From NCBI GenBank assembly GCA_000165425.1, contig CT868008.1:186001-250000 (forward strand): a DNA stretch of 64,000 nt. The letters are read 5' to 3'. Shown in pieces: positions 41,383 to 55,038 of this stretch (positions are counted from its first letter, which is position 1; every line of letters starts with the position of its first letter). This stretch comes from Paramecium tetraurelia (taxonomy: Eukaryota). The position numbers and the translations under genes are program-made. The notes beneath the pieces were generated by a model, which did not search any database, was not told the origin of the DNA, and saw only the letters and a list, made by a program, of their open reading frames with translations.

Positions 41383-44300
41383 ATGGCTGAATTTTCAAAC
41401 TTGACACAGGAGTAATTGTTTTAGATGCTTACCTTCGTCCTCTCTGGTGATAACGAAAAGATTAAAGAGGCCACACGTGTTTTAAAAGTATACACTAAGT
41501 CTGTGAATTGCGTAGGACCATTGGCATTAATAATATCTCAAAATGAGAATGTATGAATTATGGTTTAATAGAGTAGTAATCATTTAGACATTTGGCAGGA
41601 GTCTTATTAAAAAGAAACATGGCTACTAATTATGATAAATTGGATGCTACTGCTTAAACTCAATTAAAGCAATTGTTATTGGAGAGATTCTTTTCAGAAC
41701 CAGTCAATCCCATCAGAACAAGTATCGGATCATTGATAGGAACCATTGCAATTTAAACATTAGGAGAAAATAAATGGCCAGAACTATTTTAAGTTCTATA
41801 AAATTAAACAGCAAAGAACTAAGACATAGTCACTAGATAAAGAGGTTTAATGTTATTAGCTTTAATATTTGATTACTCTGGAGATAGTTTGAAACCATTC
41901 TACTCTGTATTTTATCCATTTTTCATTGAAAATCTCCAAGATAGTGACAAATAAATCAGAGTACAAACAGTCAAATGTTTGATTTCTTTGTTTGATAACA
42001 TTGAGCATATGAACAAATAAGAAGTAATTAAGTAATCTAAATAACTTAGGCTTAATAATACAAAACTCTAGTTGAACCAATCTTAAGATTCGTAGATTAA
42101 TGTATAAAAGAAGGAGATGAAGATAATGCCTATCATTGCTTTGACGCTTTTGGATATTTGGCTGAAAGCAAATTAACAATTTTAGATACTCATTTGGGTA
42201 TGATTGTTGAATATGCTGCTAGTTAAAATGTATCAATACATAATTTATTCATTAGCTTTTGTTGAACCCCAAAATGTAGCAGCAAATTTAAGGAATGTGT
42301 ATTGGATTTGATTGATAATGTTGTAGAATACCACAAGAAGGTATTGAATAAGAACCCAACATTATTAAAATAACTTATCGAATGTTTATCCTTAGTCGTT
42401 GCCTAACCATACACAGAAGAGGAATTGACTCAAGATGAAGAACCCCTTTAAGATGTGACCTTATGGCTTTTGGAAACCTTGGTGATTGGTTTAGGTAAGA
42501 AGAAGACTCTGTTTGGTTTATTTTTGGAAACAATCATAAAATTGGTAGACTCGGGAGATATAAACTAAATGAATGCAGGGATTCTTGATATTGGCAGCTA
42601 TTACAGAGGGACTCTAAGATCAAATTAGAAGATAATTACAAAATCCAATTATGAATGTCATTATTCCCAAAGGATTGAAAGATGAAAGAACAGCCGTAAG
42701 AGGAGCAGCAATTAAGTGCTTATCCTATTTCAGTGAATGGTTATGTCCAGAAATCTTGACTTACGATTAGATTGTCATTCCAGAAATGATTAATTGTCTT
42801 AAATCTACAGATCACAAGATTTATGAAAAAGCATTATTGACTATTGACATTTTTGCTGAGAATATGGAATCAGAGAAGATACTTCCTTACATGTAAACAC
42901 TCTTGCCTAGTTTGGTTCAATTGTTCTTACAATAAACAACTACTTTCATTGCCAGAAGACATTGCTTGTCTTCAATCGGAAGCATTATCGTTTCATCTAA
43001 AGAAGCATTTGCAACTTATTTGAAGGATGTCAGTGAATTGTTATTACAAGTATTGAAAGAAAAGGATACTCCTGAAATCATGAGTATCAAATCAGAGGCA
43101 ATCCAAGTATTCGGAACTATTGCTGAATCATTCAAATCTAATTTAGAAGTGTAAAATCAATTGATCACTCCATTGGCTCCATAAATATTCGAATTGTTAA
43201 CTAAACATGAAGATTTTGAAATCAGAGAAGCTTGTTTAGCTCATTCTTTTATAATATGGCTGCAGCTTAAGGCGATGAAGTTTGCTCCCATCTTCACTTA
43301 AATCATCAGTTACACTATGAAGTTGGCAGAATCCAAAGAAGGAATCTCTTATGACAAAGAAAAGAAAGAGTTCTCTTTAGATACTGAATCTGAAGATGAA
43401 AATTAACAAGGACCTATGAGAGTCAAAGTCACCTAAATGGATGAGAAAGCTGCTGCTATCCATGCCTTAGGTTAATTTGCACTCTCTGTTCCATAATAAT
43501 TTGGACAATATTTCAAACCCACTTTTGATATTTTAGATGAAACGGTTGATTTCTTCTATGATAACATCAGAATGTAAACTCTTTAATGCTACAGAGATTT
43601 AATCGAAGGATATGCATTATTCAGACATAATGGTGTATTACCAAAAGTATAGTAAGGATTACCAGCCATTGAAAATTTAGATGCTGAATTCTTAACATTC
43701 TTGTAAACAGATGTCATGTAAAAATTGATCAGAGTTATTGCTGAAGACGAATCCTATGAATGTGCTGCTCTTGCCATAGATGTCATTGATCATCTAACCA
43801 AGAAATTAGGTCCTTAAATTGTCTATAAGAATCTTGATGATTTAGCCAAAGTTATTACCTTAGTATTGAATAAGAAAATCAAGTGTTTAGGAGCTGATCT
43901 TGATTCAGAAGGTGAAGAAGAAAATGATTCAGATATGAATCTTAATGTTCTTGAAAATCTCACTGATTTGATCCCTACATTAGCTAAAAATCTGAAAAAT
44001 GGATTTGTTCTTATGTTTAGAGAGATCTTCCCTCATTTAGCAACCAATCTCCATAAAGATAAAGAAATTGATGATATCATTTGCACAATTGGATGTCTTG
44101 CTCAAATCTTTGAATATGAATCAAGTCTTATCGTTGAATGCCAATAGGTTGTGTTACCATTCTTGTTGAATACTGTCCTTGCCATTGGAGATTAAGAATT
44201 AAATAGAAATGCAGCTTATGCTTTGGCTACATATTGTGAATTTGGACCATAAAATGATGTTGCTTCAGCTCTCCCTTAAATTATCTAAACACTCACAAAT

Positions 44301-44745
44301 ATCTTTACCACCGCAACTACATACAGAGAAGCTGCTGAAAATGCTACTGCCGCTGTTTGCAGAATTCTTATTAGATTCCCATAAGCATTGCCTTTGGAAA
44401 CCACACTTGATCATATCTTGGCATAATTACCATTCAAAGGAGATGTTGAGGAGAATTTCACCGGATTAAGATTCCTAGTCAACTTAGGTAATACTATTCC
44501 TGATCTTGTTACTCCAAGAATGGAATAAGTTATTAAACTGTTATTAGATTCCCTCATCTAAAAGGAGCATTATAAGGTATCAAATATATCTATGTAAATA
44601 GCTTAAAGAAGAATAATTAAACTTCGTTGTGACAACCGTAAAGGGATTGATACAAAATCAATAATACAAAGCAATTATAGAAAACATTATTTTGAATGTT
44701 TAAGATTAAGGACAAAAAAATAAAGTGATCGCTCTTCTTTAATGA
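41383..44745 (+). CDS. IPO4: Importin-4 / Kap123-like HEAT-repeat karyopherin; several apparent indels as assembled
   Basis: DNEKIKEATRVL, RHLAGVLLKR, KWPELF, VRGAAIKCLSYFSEWLCPEI, DEKAAAIHALG, NRNAAYAL, AENATAAVCRI, LPFKGDVEEN. Confidence 0.88.
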
Positions 44746-44779
44746 TGTTGCATGAAATTGCTAAATTTATGTTTAATAA

Positions 44780-46259
44780 TCAATTTAATAATTCATTACA
44801 CACTTCAATCAACCTCTAATTTCTATTTCTAGAAATCAATTCCGCTTAATTTCTTTTTACTCTTATATTCTTTGAACTTAATTTTTTATTGGAAGTTTGC
44901 TGTTGTTCTTGCTAATCCTCTTCAAACCAATGTTAGTCATATTGATCGTCCTCAATTGAGATTTACGATATGAAGTTATTTTTGGAATTAAGCAACTGAA
45001 CTCGTTTTCCATAAAGGATACTTAAGACTAGTTCTTTTTAATAACTTTTAAATGGCTTTAATTATTTCATCTCATTTTGCTTTAGCAGTCTCTCCTATCT
45101 AAATTGATAATCTTATGGACCATTGAGTGTAAGCATCATGGATTTAGCAGGTTTGACGTGCTTGTTAGTCTACATGTAACCCAAAGTAACAAACATACTA
45201 ACTAAATATTGATTATTAAAGATGTCTCCTTAATACTAAAGATAATATGCATATTAACTCTATCGAATCTGCACAATCCTTTTTCAATTACATCAGCCTC
45301 ACTCTGAATCTCATAAAACTATTTCATTTCATTTAAGTCATGCAAGAATTTCAATGAGTTGATAAACAAAAACCTACATTTAAACATTAGGCTTTATACC
45401 CTCTATATGTCTATTAGGTCACTTGTATGGTTTCCAACAACTAAAAAGGATCGAAGTAATATTTGGGTTCAGGTTTAGATATCATTTCTTCATATGTTAA
45501 TTGTTTTGGAGTATTATAATAATCCAATCTTTTGTTATAAAGTACTCTACCCACAGTATTAAAAAATGTTAATTAAGAGTCTTTGCTTTAGTTCTCATCT
45601 CTGTAGTTTATTGAGTAAATAAATGCTTAATTGTACGCATTTCTAATATCTCCATTCGATAGTTCTGCTATCTTAGTCAACATATCATATTTACTTAATG
45701 TAACACATTTGAATTGACCCTTGGAAAACAAGTGTGCAAATACTTTTCAATCTTATTGTTGGTTGGACTTTTGAGCAACACAATATTGCAATATATTTTA
45801 ATAAATTCTTAACTTAAAATTTTAGTCAATTCATAATCTTTTAATACTGTTGTATTTACAATTATTACTAATGGCTTATTGCATTTTGTGTAAGTGTATT
45901 ATTATTACAATTATCTTAATGAATTCAAATTACTAATCCCACTAATTTCTTTTAAAATTATAACTAACACCATTACCAATACAAATACCTCTTTAATCAT
46001 CAATTTTTGATAGTTAATCTTACATAGAATACATTAGAGGATGCACTTCATTTAACATCCAAATGTCTCTGAATGCTGAATCTACCTCCAAAATTTTGTA
46101 CTTGAATTCTGCTAGAATTGACTTCGCCAAATGCAACCTAAACTTATAACATCTAAATCACTTTCCAATCCCAGATGTCCCCTTTATTATAGTTATTGGT
46201 TTTATTTGAAAATTGCGTAAACCATCCTTTATTTCTTTTATTTTCTTATCATTATGCAT
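44780..46259 (-). CDS. RAD17: RAD17/Rad24-like checkpoint clamp loader subunit
   Basis: HNDKKIKEIK, ITIIKGTSGIGK P-loop (intron-split), IAELSNGDIRNAYNQ, KDSQLTFFNTVGRVLYNKR correspond to RAD17 signatures. Confidence 0.75.
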
Positions 46260-46293
46260 CAATAATTGACTAAAATTAATAAAAATAATTAAC

Positions 46294-46584
46294 ATGGGTT
46301 AATAATGTTGTCGTAATTCTCCACTTCCAGACTTAGAAGATAAATAGAATAACAATCCTCCCGAACAGTATTCAAATAAATAAGATACCTTTGCAACTCG
46401 TACTCAATCATACCAAACAAGAATCAATGAATTAGAAAACAATGTATAAACTTCCTTAGAAGTAATGAATAAATTGAATGATACAATACTGAATGTATTG
46501 CCTATTTCATAAACAATAGTTAGTAGTATAGGTCGAAAGCTTAAATAATTAATTAGAGCAAAAGTAGAAATTAGAACAGATTGA
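46294..46584 (+). CDS. Small protein with MGQQCC acylation signal and short coiled coil
   Basis: MGQQCCRNSPLPDLEDKQ...RINELENNVQTSLEVMNKLND...EIRTD then TGA. Confidence 0.58.
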
Positions 46585-46808
46585 ACCTAAAGTGGTAAAA
46601 TGAATTGACTCAAATTGTATTTTCTTAACTATTTATATTTATTATCAAGATTATTTGCTATCACTCTATATGTAGAATAAATTTATAACATTAACATGGT
46701 TTAAAATATATTTATCAATAAAATATACTATTTTACTTATAGGAATTAGACTTTGAAATTAGAAATGGATGATGAAATATTAAATGTTGAGTTAAATATA
46801 GTAAATTA

Positions 46809-47733
46809 TCAAGTTTTCGTTCTTTCCGATTCTAAGATATTATATTCAATTCTCTTGTACATGCTTAAAAGAGCTTTGATTCTTATAGGTTGTTTTTCAG
46901 TAGTTGTTTTCTTTTGCTCAACAGACTGTTCACTTTGATAATTTGTAATTGAAACAGAGTTTTTAGTTGAAAATGTATTAACAAATAGTTTTTTCGCTAA
47001 TAATTATCGATAGATCTATCTTTCTTCGGATGTTGATGTATGATTTAATTAATCGATTTTTTTAAGTGGAGATTTAACTAAGTTTTAAGAGAGTTAATTC
47101 ACCAATTCATGAGGGTTTGAAAAATTTTTCTTCTTCAGTTTTCCCCAAGAATTCGAATAGCCTGAAGTAAAGGGATTCATATCATTTAAATCTTTAGATT
47201 CTTTGAGGTCGAGATTTAATTGTTAAGTGTTTGATTACAGATTCTTACTATACTATATAAGTTATTTCTTGAAACCAGGATTTGGATTGATTGCTAATCT
47301 CTTCTCCTTCACAAAATAAAAGGTTTTTTCGTATGGCCATTTATTAGTTTTCATGAGATATGCAATCACACATGCACTGGACCTTGAAATGCCTGCAGCA
47401 CAATGTACCAAAACGGAACCAGAGTTTAACCCAGTCGATATTTCCTTGATAATTTCATCGAAATAATCTATTATTTGTGCTTTTTCTGTATCTTCAACTC
47501 TATAAATCTGACTTCATAATAAGTTTTACTTTGTGAGAGATGTTTAGAGAGTTTTTAAAATTTACTAAAATATTATTTGCCACAGTTATGACTGTCTGGA
47601 TGTTATTTTCTTTTAATTATTTAATATTTTGAGCTGCTTTTAGATTTCCCAACCATAGTGCTCCTTGGGTTGAGGTTTTATCTAAAATTAAATCCATCTC
47701 ATTAACATTTACGAGAAGCTATTATTTTTTCAT
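46809..47733 (-). CDS. Dual-specificity protein phosphatase
   Basis: ALWLGNLKAA, VEDTEKAQIIDYFDEI, VLVHCAAGISRSSACVIAYLM, INPNPGFKKQL. 3' end may extend to 46715. Confidence 0.9.
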
Positions 47734-47809
47734 TTCCTTGATATATATATGTGTTATAAATAAAAATTATTAATTGGAATAACAATAATTCAGAATTTTG
47801 ATGATAAAC

Positions 47810-48531
47810 TCAGTTAATTTTATCATCTTCTTCTTTTACTTCTGGCGCTTAGGCCTAAAACCCATGGATTTAATAATTCTACGGATTTTAATAGATTTGA
47901 TTACTTATATCATTAATGCCAATTGCATATTAACTAATTTTTATTTTTCTAATTCTCTTTGACAGGCAGCCAAGGCAATTTAAGCATTCTGTTCTTCATT
48001 GCTATTAATTTGTTATGGCTAATTTTTCTATCTATTCAGCAATAAGGATTGCTATTATAAGATACTCTTTGTAATGTGTTTGTCGGATGCCTAGTTGAGA
48101 TGAAATTTAATACTTTTAAATCAGGAGAAAAGCTTCTTTAAGGAATCTAAACCTCTCGTTCAAGATCGTACATGGATTATACTTTTCTTTAACTGCAGAC
48201 ACTGAATTCCGGCTCACTTTTCTCTTTTTTGTTTCTCTCTCTTGTTTTCTTCTTACCAATCCGACCTTCCTTTCTATAAGTCTGCAAAATTGCTTTAGCT
48301 GTACTAAAATTAACTCCAAATTCTTTTGCTGCTTCCTTAATCGTAGATTCTTTCGATAAAATCTTTTTTAACAATAACACTCTTTTTGATTAGTCAATAA
48401 CTGCATATTTTTTATAGGAATCTTTTTACTTTTGATTAGAGTCGTTTTACTGTTGTTTATGTCTGTAATATAAATAAAATAATTAACTGAGAATTAGGAG
48501 AGAACTAATCTTCATTTTCTGAAGGTATCAT
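47810..48531 (-). CDS. Helix-turn-helix protein (Tc1/paired-like HTH, ciliate family) with Q-rich tail
   Basis: KKYAVIDQSKRVLLLKKILSKESTIKEAAKEFGVNFSTAKAILQTYRKEGRIGKKKTR. Confidence 0.75.
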
Positions 48532-49195
48532 GAAATTAATATTAAAAAAAGATAAAATTAATGCAAAAATACATTTGCTATTGTTTATGAATTGGATGAA
48601 TTAATAATATTAAAGACTAGACAGTAATCATTTATGATCAATTACTTAATAAAAGTCAATGTTATTATTTCATAAAATACAAAAAAGAAATGAAGCACAT
48701 TGTGATATTCTTAGATCAAAACTGAAAACAAGATAGTGACATAGATTATGTTGATATAAACAATCTTCATTGATCTATAATCTTATTTAACTCTGACTAA
48801 TTCTATTTCTCCTACACTCTTTTATTCTTCCATTTAGAAACCAAGTCTTAGCCTTAAAGAAACTCTAACTTATTATTCTAAATCGATAAGCACATAAATA
48901 TTTACAAATTATTCCTACTTTAACTATTCATTCTGAATCTCAATCTCATATTATTATTGAATTTACTATTATTATTACATCCATATATGTGGTGATAAAA
49001 TTGGACTCTTGTATGGAGATTACGCAATGAATTGGGAATTGTACAAGTATAGTGGAGTGTATACGATTGGTGTTTATTAAATCTATTATTGAAATGGTGA
49101 TAACTATTAGAATGGATATGTATGTTATTTGAGACCAAATCCTAGTCTATTAATTTAACAAGGTGTTTATTAGAATAGATCATTACAAGCATCAT

Positions 49196-50578
49196 TCATG
49201 TAAGGCCTGAATCCAGTGTATTAAGGTATTGTATCTTTCGTTTGAGTTTATCCAATGTAGGAAGGGGATTAAAGTTAGCATTTAGATTAGGATTAGATGA
49301 ATTGTTAAGATTGGCATTCAAATTCTTAATTTTATATTGATCCTTAGGAATGAGAACTAGATATACCTTTTCTATTCTCTTAGCTTTGAGTATCACAATT
49401 TCCATTTGTAGATAGACAAAATTACTGATTGAGTAATTTAGGTGATATTTTTTTATCGATTTCTTATTTTACATAGAGATTCTCAATAACCTTAACTTTT
49501 TTCTTTTTGATTTAGATCTACAATTCCTATTCATCTTGATTTTTGAGTTATTATTTTTTTTTTGGTTTTTATATATTAATACTCTTAGATTAAGACTCTT
49601 CACATTTTATTTTGGTTTCATTTTTTACTGAATCTGATGGATTGTTCTCTTAGTTAATTGCAGTAGAAGTTTATTTAGCTAAATATTATCTAATGGCTTA
49701 TATTTCTTCAATTTCATCATCATCTTCTTCTTTGAAAATCTTATGAATTAGACTCTTATATCTAATTTAAGTAGCGTATAAATTGATACCTATTCTTCAC
49801 TTAATTTTCAGTTCTCCCTTACAATAATGAGGAAATCAAGGACCATCTCTTGCCGTTATTCACTACTAATTACAACAATTAATGGTCTTCTTAATCAGTC
49901 CAACTAGATCTAATTTTAATTGCTAAATATAGGGTTACTTATTTAATTTAGGATTTAAATAATTCATCCATCTTTCTCTGACTTGTTTTGGTGTTCTAAC
50001 ATACAGTCCATTGTTATGATTATAAAGCTCTAAGGCAATTTAGGTCCAGATGTGTTTTTCCTCTTATTATCTAAAATGAAGAAATTAAAGTTTTAATAAT
50101 ATACATCATCAATGATCTTATTATATCATCTTCTTCTGATTCCCAATTCAAACTTTTAGCCATAGGGTTTATCAGAGTAATCCATCGTTGTTTCAGAGTC
50201 ACCTCATCAAAATTGAATATTCCCGATAATTCTAACCACTCATCTGAATTTGGATTGATGTTTTTTTTATTTCTAACTTAAAAGTATTTCACAATAACCC
50301 AAATAAATAACATCTTACATTGCTTATCCCACTTCCTTTTCAACCCTTTATTATCTTCCGATAAGAGTCTTATATATATTATGATTTACTTTTAAGCAAT
50401 TTGGTCGAAATGTTTGCTATTAGGATTTATGAAGTTTTCCTTGATCTTAAACTAATTCCTATAGTAAAAAGGAATCTCCATCTATTTGATTTAGCCTAAG
50501 CTACTAAGGAACTCTTGAAAATTAGCCATTAACAATATTAGTCACTAAATCTTTAATTTATATTATTTTATTCATCAT
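49196..50578 (-). CDS. Myb-repeat transcription factor
   Basis: LKQRWITLINP, WESEEDDII, RTPKQVRERWMNYLNP, WTDQEDHQLLQLV..GKRWSLISSLLQGRTENQVKNRY. Confidence 0.9.
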
Positions 50579-50629
50579 CGCACCAGTTAGTTGTAACTCA
50601 ATTCAGTTAAATATAAGTATATAATATTA

Positions 50630-53559
50630 TCATTAATCATCATCCTCAATAATATCGAACATCGAAACTGTAGGTATCTTCCAGTTTTTTTTAGTTTCTT
50701 CATCGACTGAAGTATGAATCAAATGAACCATAAAAGCTTCTAGTTTATAGTACAGAGGCTGTGCGAACCTCTATTCATAGGTCCATTCTTTCTAAATATA
50801 ATTATATGAAATGAATACTTCGCTTTGCTTTCCAATTCCAATTGGAGAGTATTTATCAGCTATTCTCGCCAATGCTTCCATGAATTCTATCCATTACATC
50901 TAAAATAGTCTATCACTTTCTAATTCATCAACTTATGTCAACATAGATAAGCAAAATGCTAAATTAACATCTCTTTCAACAAAATTTTCATCAAAAAGAT
51001 TGGCCTTATTACACACATCCTTCAATTCATCTAGACACATGAATGGTGCTTGTCCTGGCTTAACCTTTTTTTATGAATTATGCATGTACACATAATCAAT
51101 TACTTGTTTGTATTTTTTACATACATCATCACATTATTCTATAAAGTACCTTTCCATTCTCCATTTATGAGAATCATATTAAGACATATGAGGTAGACAT
51201 TAATCTAATATCATTCGCGTGGCTTATACATATGATGGAGAACCAGGTTAATTTCTAATGTATTTATCCTCTGATAATCTCACTAAAAATTCCATCATCT
51301 AATATCTGACTAAATATCTCTCGGGATTTCTAAAATTGCCCTTCCAATCTGATTATGAAGCACTACAAGTAGCAATAAATTTTAAATCAACATCAGCCAA
51401 TTTCATTTATTTTCCATCTATTAATTAACATTAATTCACAAATTCAGAAGTTGGGTTTTGAGACATAGAGAATACATCACCACTTGGATTTATGGCTGAA
51501 TAATATCTATAAGTCTCTCTTATTGATTTATATGATTGCCATAACATCTCTTTAATTTATTCCTATTCATCAGTTTTCTTAACAAATTTTGTGATCTTAG
51601 AACAATTCCAATCTCTCTCAAAGCATTTACGCAATAGTTCTTCTGTATCAAATTTGTATTTAGGTGCCCAAATTGAAATCGGATATGACCATACTCGCTT
51701 CTATTTTTTCATTTTAGCAGGAATGTATATTGGATCACAAGTCCTTGGTTTTACATTATAATTTGGATCCCAATCTTATATAACTGGTTTCCCTTTATTT
51801 ATCATTTGATGATTTGTTTCATCCAATAACACATCTATAATTTAATCTGCTATTTTAGTCCTCACTCTAAACTTTTCATTATGAACTTTTTATGGTTCAG
51901 TCAGACTTGCAACTTGCAATTGAGATCCAGTATAAAAATAATCTAATTCTCCTGTTGGTACCATTCGATTTGTCAAGTAAATACCATTCTCATCTGGTTT
52001 CCCTAAAAATATGGCTTCATATCCCTCAAAATCAAAATGAATGAATATTGGTTCTTCTGATGCATTTCCACTCTTATCTAATTATTTTTAATGATACATA
52101 TTACTTGGAATCCATTCAAACTTCTAACCCTACCATCCATCACAGATCCAACAAACATCCATTATTTTTTCTGATCTTGGACCTTTTGAATATGGTTTAC
52201 TATGAGTTTCACATCCTCTAATTCTATAATCTGTATGAATTTAATTGAAGTTCCTCATTTCATTCTATATCATTAAGAATCCTTTTGAATCAACATATCC
52301 AAAATTGCCAGAAAAATGAAAACCATAGATTGTATGATTTTCCTTTAAAGATTCTGAAATTGATTAACTATCTGCTAAACTGAATTAATTTGCTGATAAG
52401 TCTAAATGAATCATTTCTTTATTGTCTTCAAAAAATTATTTTAGAACAGGAGTTAAATTTGAACCACCACATCCTAATAAATTATAAGACAAATCTAAAA
52501 CTTTGATGTTCTTATTAGTAATCAATGCTTTAAAAACTTCAGCACCACCACTTCCTTTGAGTAAATTCCAATGAAGATACAACTCTTCCAAAGAGTCATT
52601 AGTCTCAATCATTTATTTAATAAAAGTGTGAGAAATATTAGTGATTTGATTTTTAGATAAATTAAGTAATTTGACGGTATTATTTTTTTATAAAGCCTTA
52701 AAGAGCTCCTGGGCTAAGATATCGCCCAACTGATTATCTTCCAAATTCAAGACTTGGATTCTTAGATTCATTAAGATATAGATACTTGCAAGTCTAAGAT
52801 GGGAGCACACTTAAAACTGGTTCCAATCCTTTTTTTCCGATTATATTCGAAACCATCTCAATAGACCTCGCTTATTTGGAAATTAAAGGTAATATCAAAG
52901 AAGCTCCGTTTTCCTTGATTCTGTTTGAATTAAAATTGAAATCCTAAACTACAGGGAGAGTTCTCAAACCCTCAGATAGTACTTCCACATATTTATCACC
53001 ATATTTGTGATTTTCTATACTCAATACTTTGGATTCTCCCTTCTATTTGATTAATCCCATCTTGCAAGGAAGTAATTTTAATTGCTCTGATTTTATTATG
53101 AGATTGGTTTGAACAGAGTCTAATTTAATTTGGATCTTATCTTACTCTAAATCGCAAAGAGATTATTCTACTCCTTGATCCTATTTATTTTTTTATAGGT
53201 TTAGTAATAATTCTTAACTGACTCTGGGCCAAGTAAGTCTTTTTATTTCATATCTTCGCAAATTTCTTCTTAATTATTTTGCATCTAAATATAAACATCC
53301 TAATAAGTTTAATAAAAGATAAATGTACTTCAGTGACTTTGTCTTTTTCAACTTTTTCTTGTTTCTCTGCTTATGTTTGAATTCTGAAATACCATTTGTT
53401 TTATTTTTTGTTTGATTCCTGAAAGGATTCTGTAAGTTTTCCATCCATAGGGAAGCGAGCCAATCTGCAAGTTGACATAACTTGAGGTAAGACTGTAGGC
53501 TTAAATGAGAACTAGGTGGATGCTTATTTCATTTTCTATTCATTGTAGGGCGAATTCAT
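50630..53559 (-). CDS. Leucine-rich-repeat protein (RI/NLRC3-like LRRs) with conserved ciliate C-terminal region
   Basis: KYGDKYVEVLSEGL, LNLEDNQLGDILA, LNLSKNQIT, LYLHWNLLKGSGG, LDLSYNLLG, CWICDGW, RMVPTG; start uncertain. Confidence 0.82.
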
Positions 53560-53580
53560 TTTTATATAATTATTAGAAAC

Positions 53581-54195
53581 TCATAATAAATTAAGATAAT
53601 CATATTTTGCCTCTATGATTTTTACTATTTTTTAATGGATATTAATGGCTTGTTCCATGAGACTCTCCTCTAGTTTGATCATGTAATAGATAGGCACATT
53701 AATATATTATTCCTTTAAGTTAAATTGCTTATTATCATTGATTTTGAAATCTTAATTTTACTCATCTGACACATAAAGTTCATTGAAGTATGGATCTGTT
53801 TATTTCTTGTCTGTTTTCAATAATTTTTTTCTCTTTTTTATCTCCTTCTCCACTTCTTTCAATTACTTTTCTATTGTTTTGTCTTCTTAAGATGTGTGCT
53901 TCTAATGATTGTCTGATATAAATTATTTCTTCTGTTTGAGTTCATAATTAGGGTCTTCGACATCGTAATATTGCTCAAATTTTCCATTAAATTTTGGAAC
54001 ACTTTCAAGCTTTTGTGGTTGTAAATCTTGGCCATTTTATGATTAATTATTCCTTTTATAAAAGTGCAACCATTATTTGATTAATATGGGCAACACTTAG
54101 GTTTTTTCAGCAACTTATTTAATGGCCTCCTCACTTGGATCCTCTCCTAATTAGGATAATATGTATTCTTTTATGTTTGGGTTGTTTTTATCCAT
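53581..54195 (-). CDS. Uncharacterised protein with a homeodomain-like N-terminal segment
   Basis: 204-aa frame; DPSEEAIKQVAEKTQVLPILIKQWLHFYKR resembles homeodomain helices 2-3. The frame stays open a little upstream of the ATG. Confidence 0.6.
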
Positions 54196-54372
54196 TATCT
54201 AATTAGATAATTATTTATCAAACCCTGCTTCATTAATTGAATCCAAAACATTTCCATACAAACCTTTAATAATATAAAATTACTTATATTATTTTGAATT
54301 TTATTTTAAACTATTATATCAATTTAATATTTTTATATATACAAATTAATTAAATATGTAATTAGAAACACA

Positions 54373-55038
54373 TCACGAATGTACAGATTCTTAATCCAGA
54401 GGTTCAAAGAACTTATACTTGTATTCTTCGATTCCTTTCGAACACCCAATCACAAGGTATTCTACTTTATCATGAAATCGAACTGATTTTTTCCTTTTTT
54501 GTTGTTATCCCTCTGAATCTTGAATTACTCTTTCCGTCGACATAGTAGGCAATTAAGATATCGATCGTTTATCCTTACTTTGATTTTTCATCTTGGATAT
54601 CAATTTATGTAAAGGGATAGAATTTTAGTCATATTTTATTAATGAGGATAGGTTCATTGTTTTTGTTATGATTGAGCACACTCTTTGCCCACTTTTGGTA
54701 GGAATTTTCGAAAAACTATTGGATAAATAGGACTTAGCTGAAGGGTTGTAATACCTGATTGAATTGGTGACGACATAATTATTCTAACTATTGAGAGAAT
54801 TCGAATGTTAAACATTCTTTTAATTCTTAATGGGACTTTGTATGTAGTTCTTTTTCGTAGGACTCGGATTTTAGTTAGGTGGATTTTTTGGTAGTGGATT
54901 ACCAGAAGTCGTTCGAAGTAGATTCTACATTATTTTTTCAGAAATTATCATGCTTGAGACCTTTGGAATGTAGATTTGATTATTCTTAATATCATTTTTA
55001 TGATTGGAGTTAGGCCTTATCACTTAGCTTTTTTTCAT
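54373..55038 (-). CDS. Uncharacterised low-complexity protein with C-terminal RVxF motif
   Basis: MKKSQVIRPNSNHK...KRKKSVRFHDKVEYLVIG...ESVHS then TGA. Confidence 0.65.

Noticed and set aside
48767..49195. Open minus-strand frame of about 140 codons between the HTH and Myb genes
   Set aside because: With a single stop codon, frames this long arise by chance; no motif and atypical composition.
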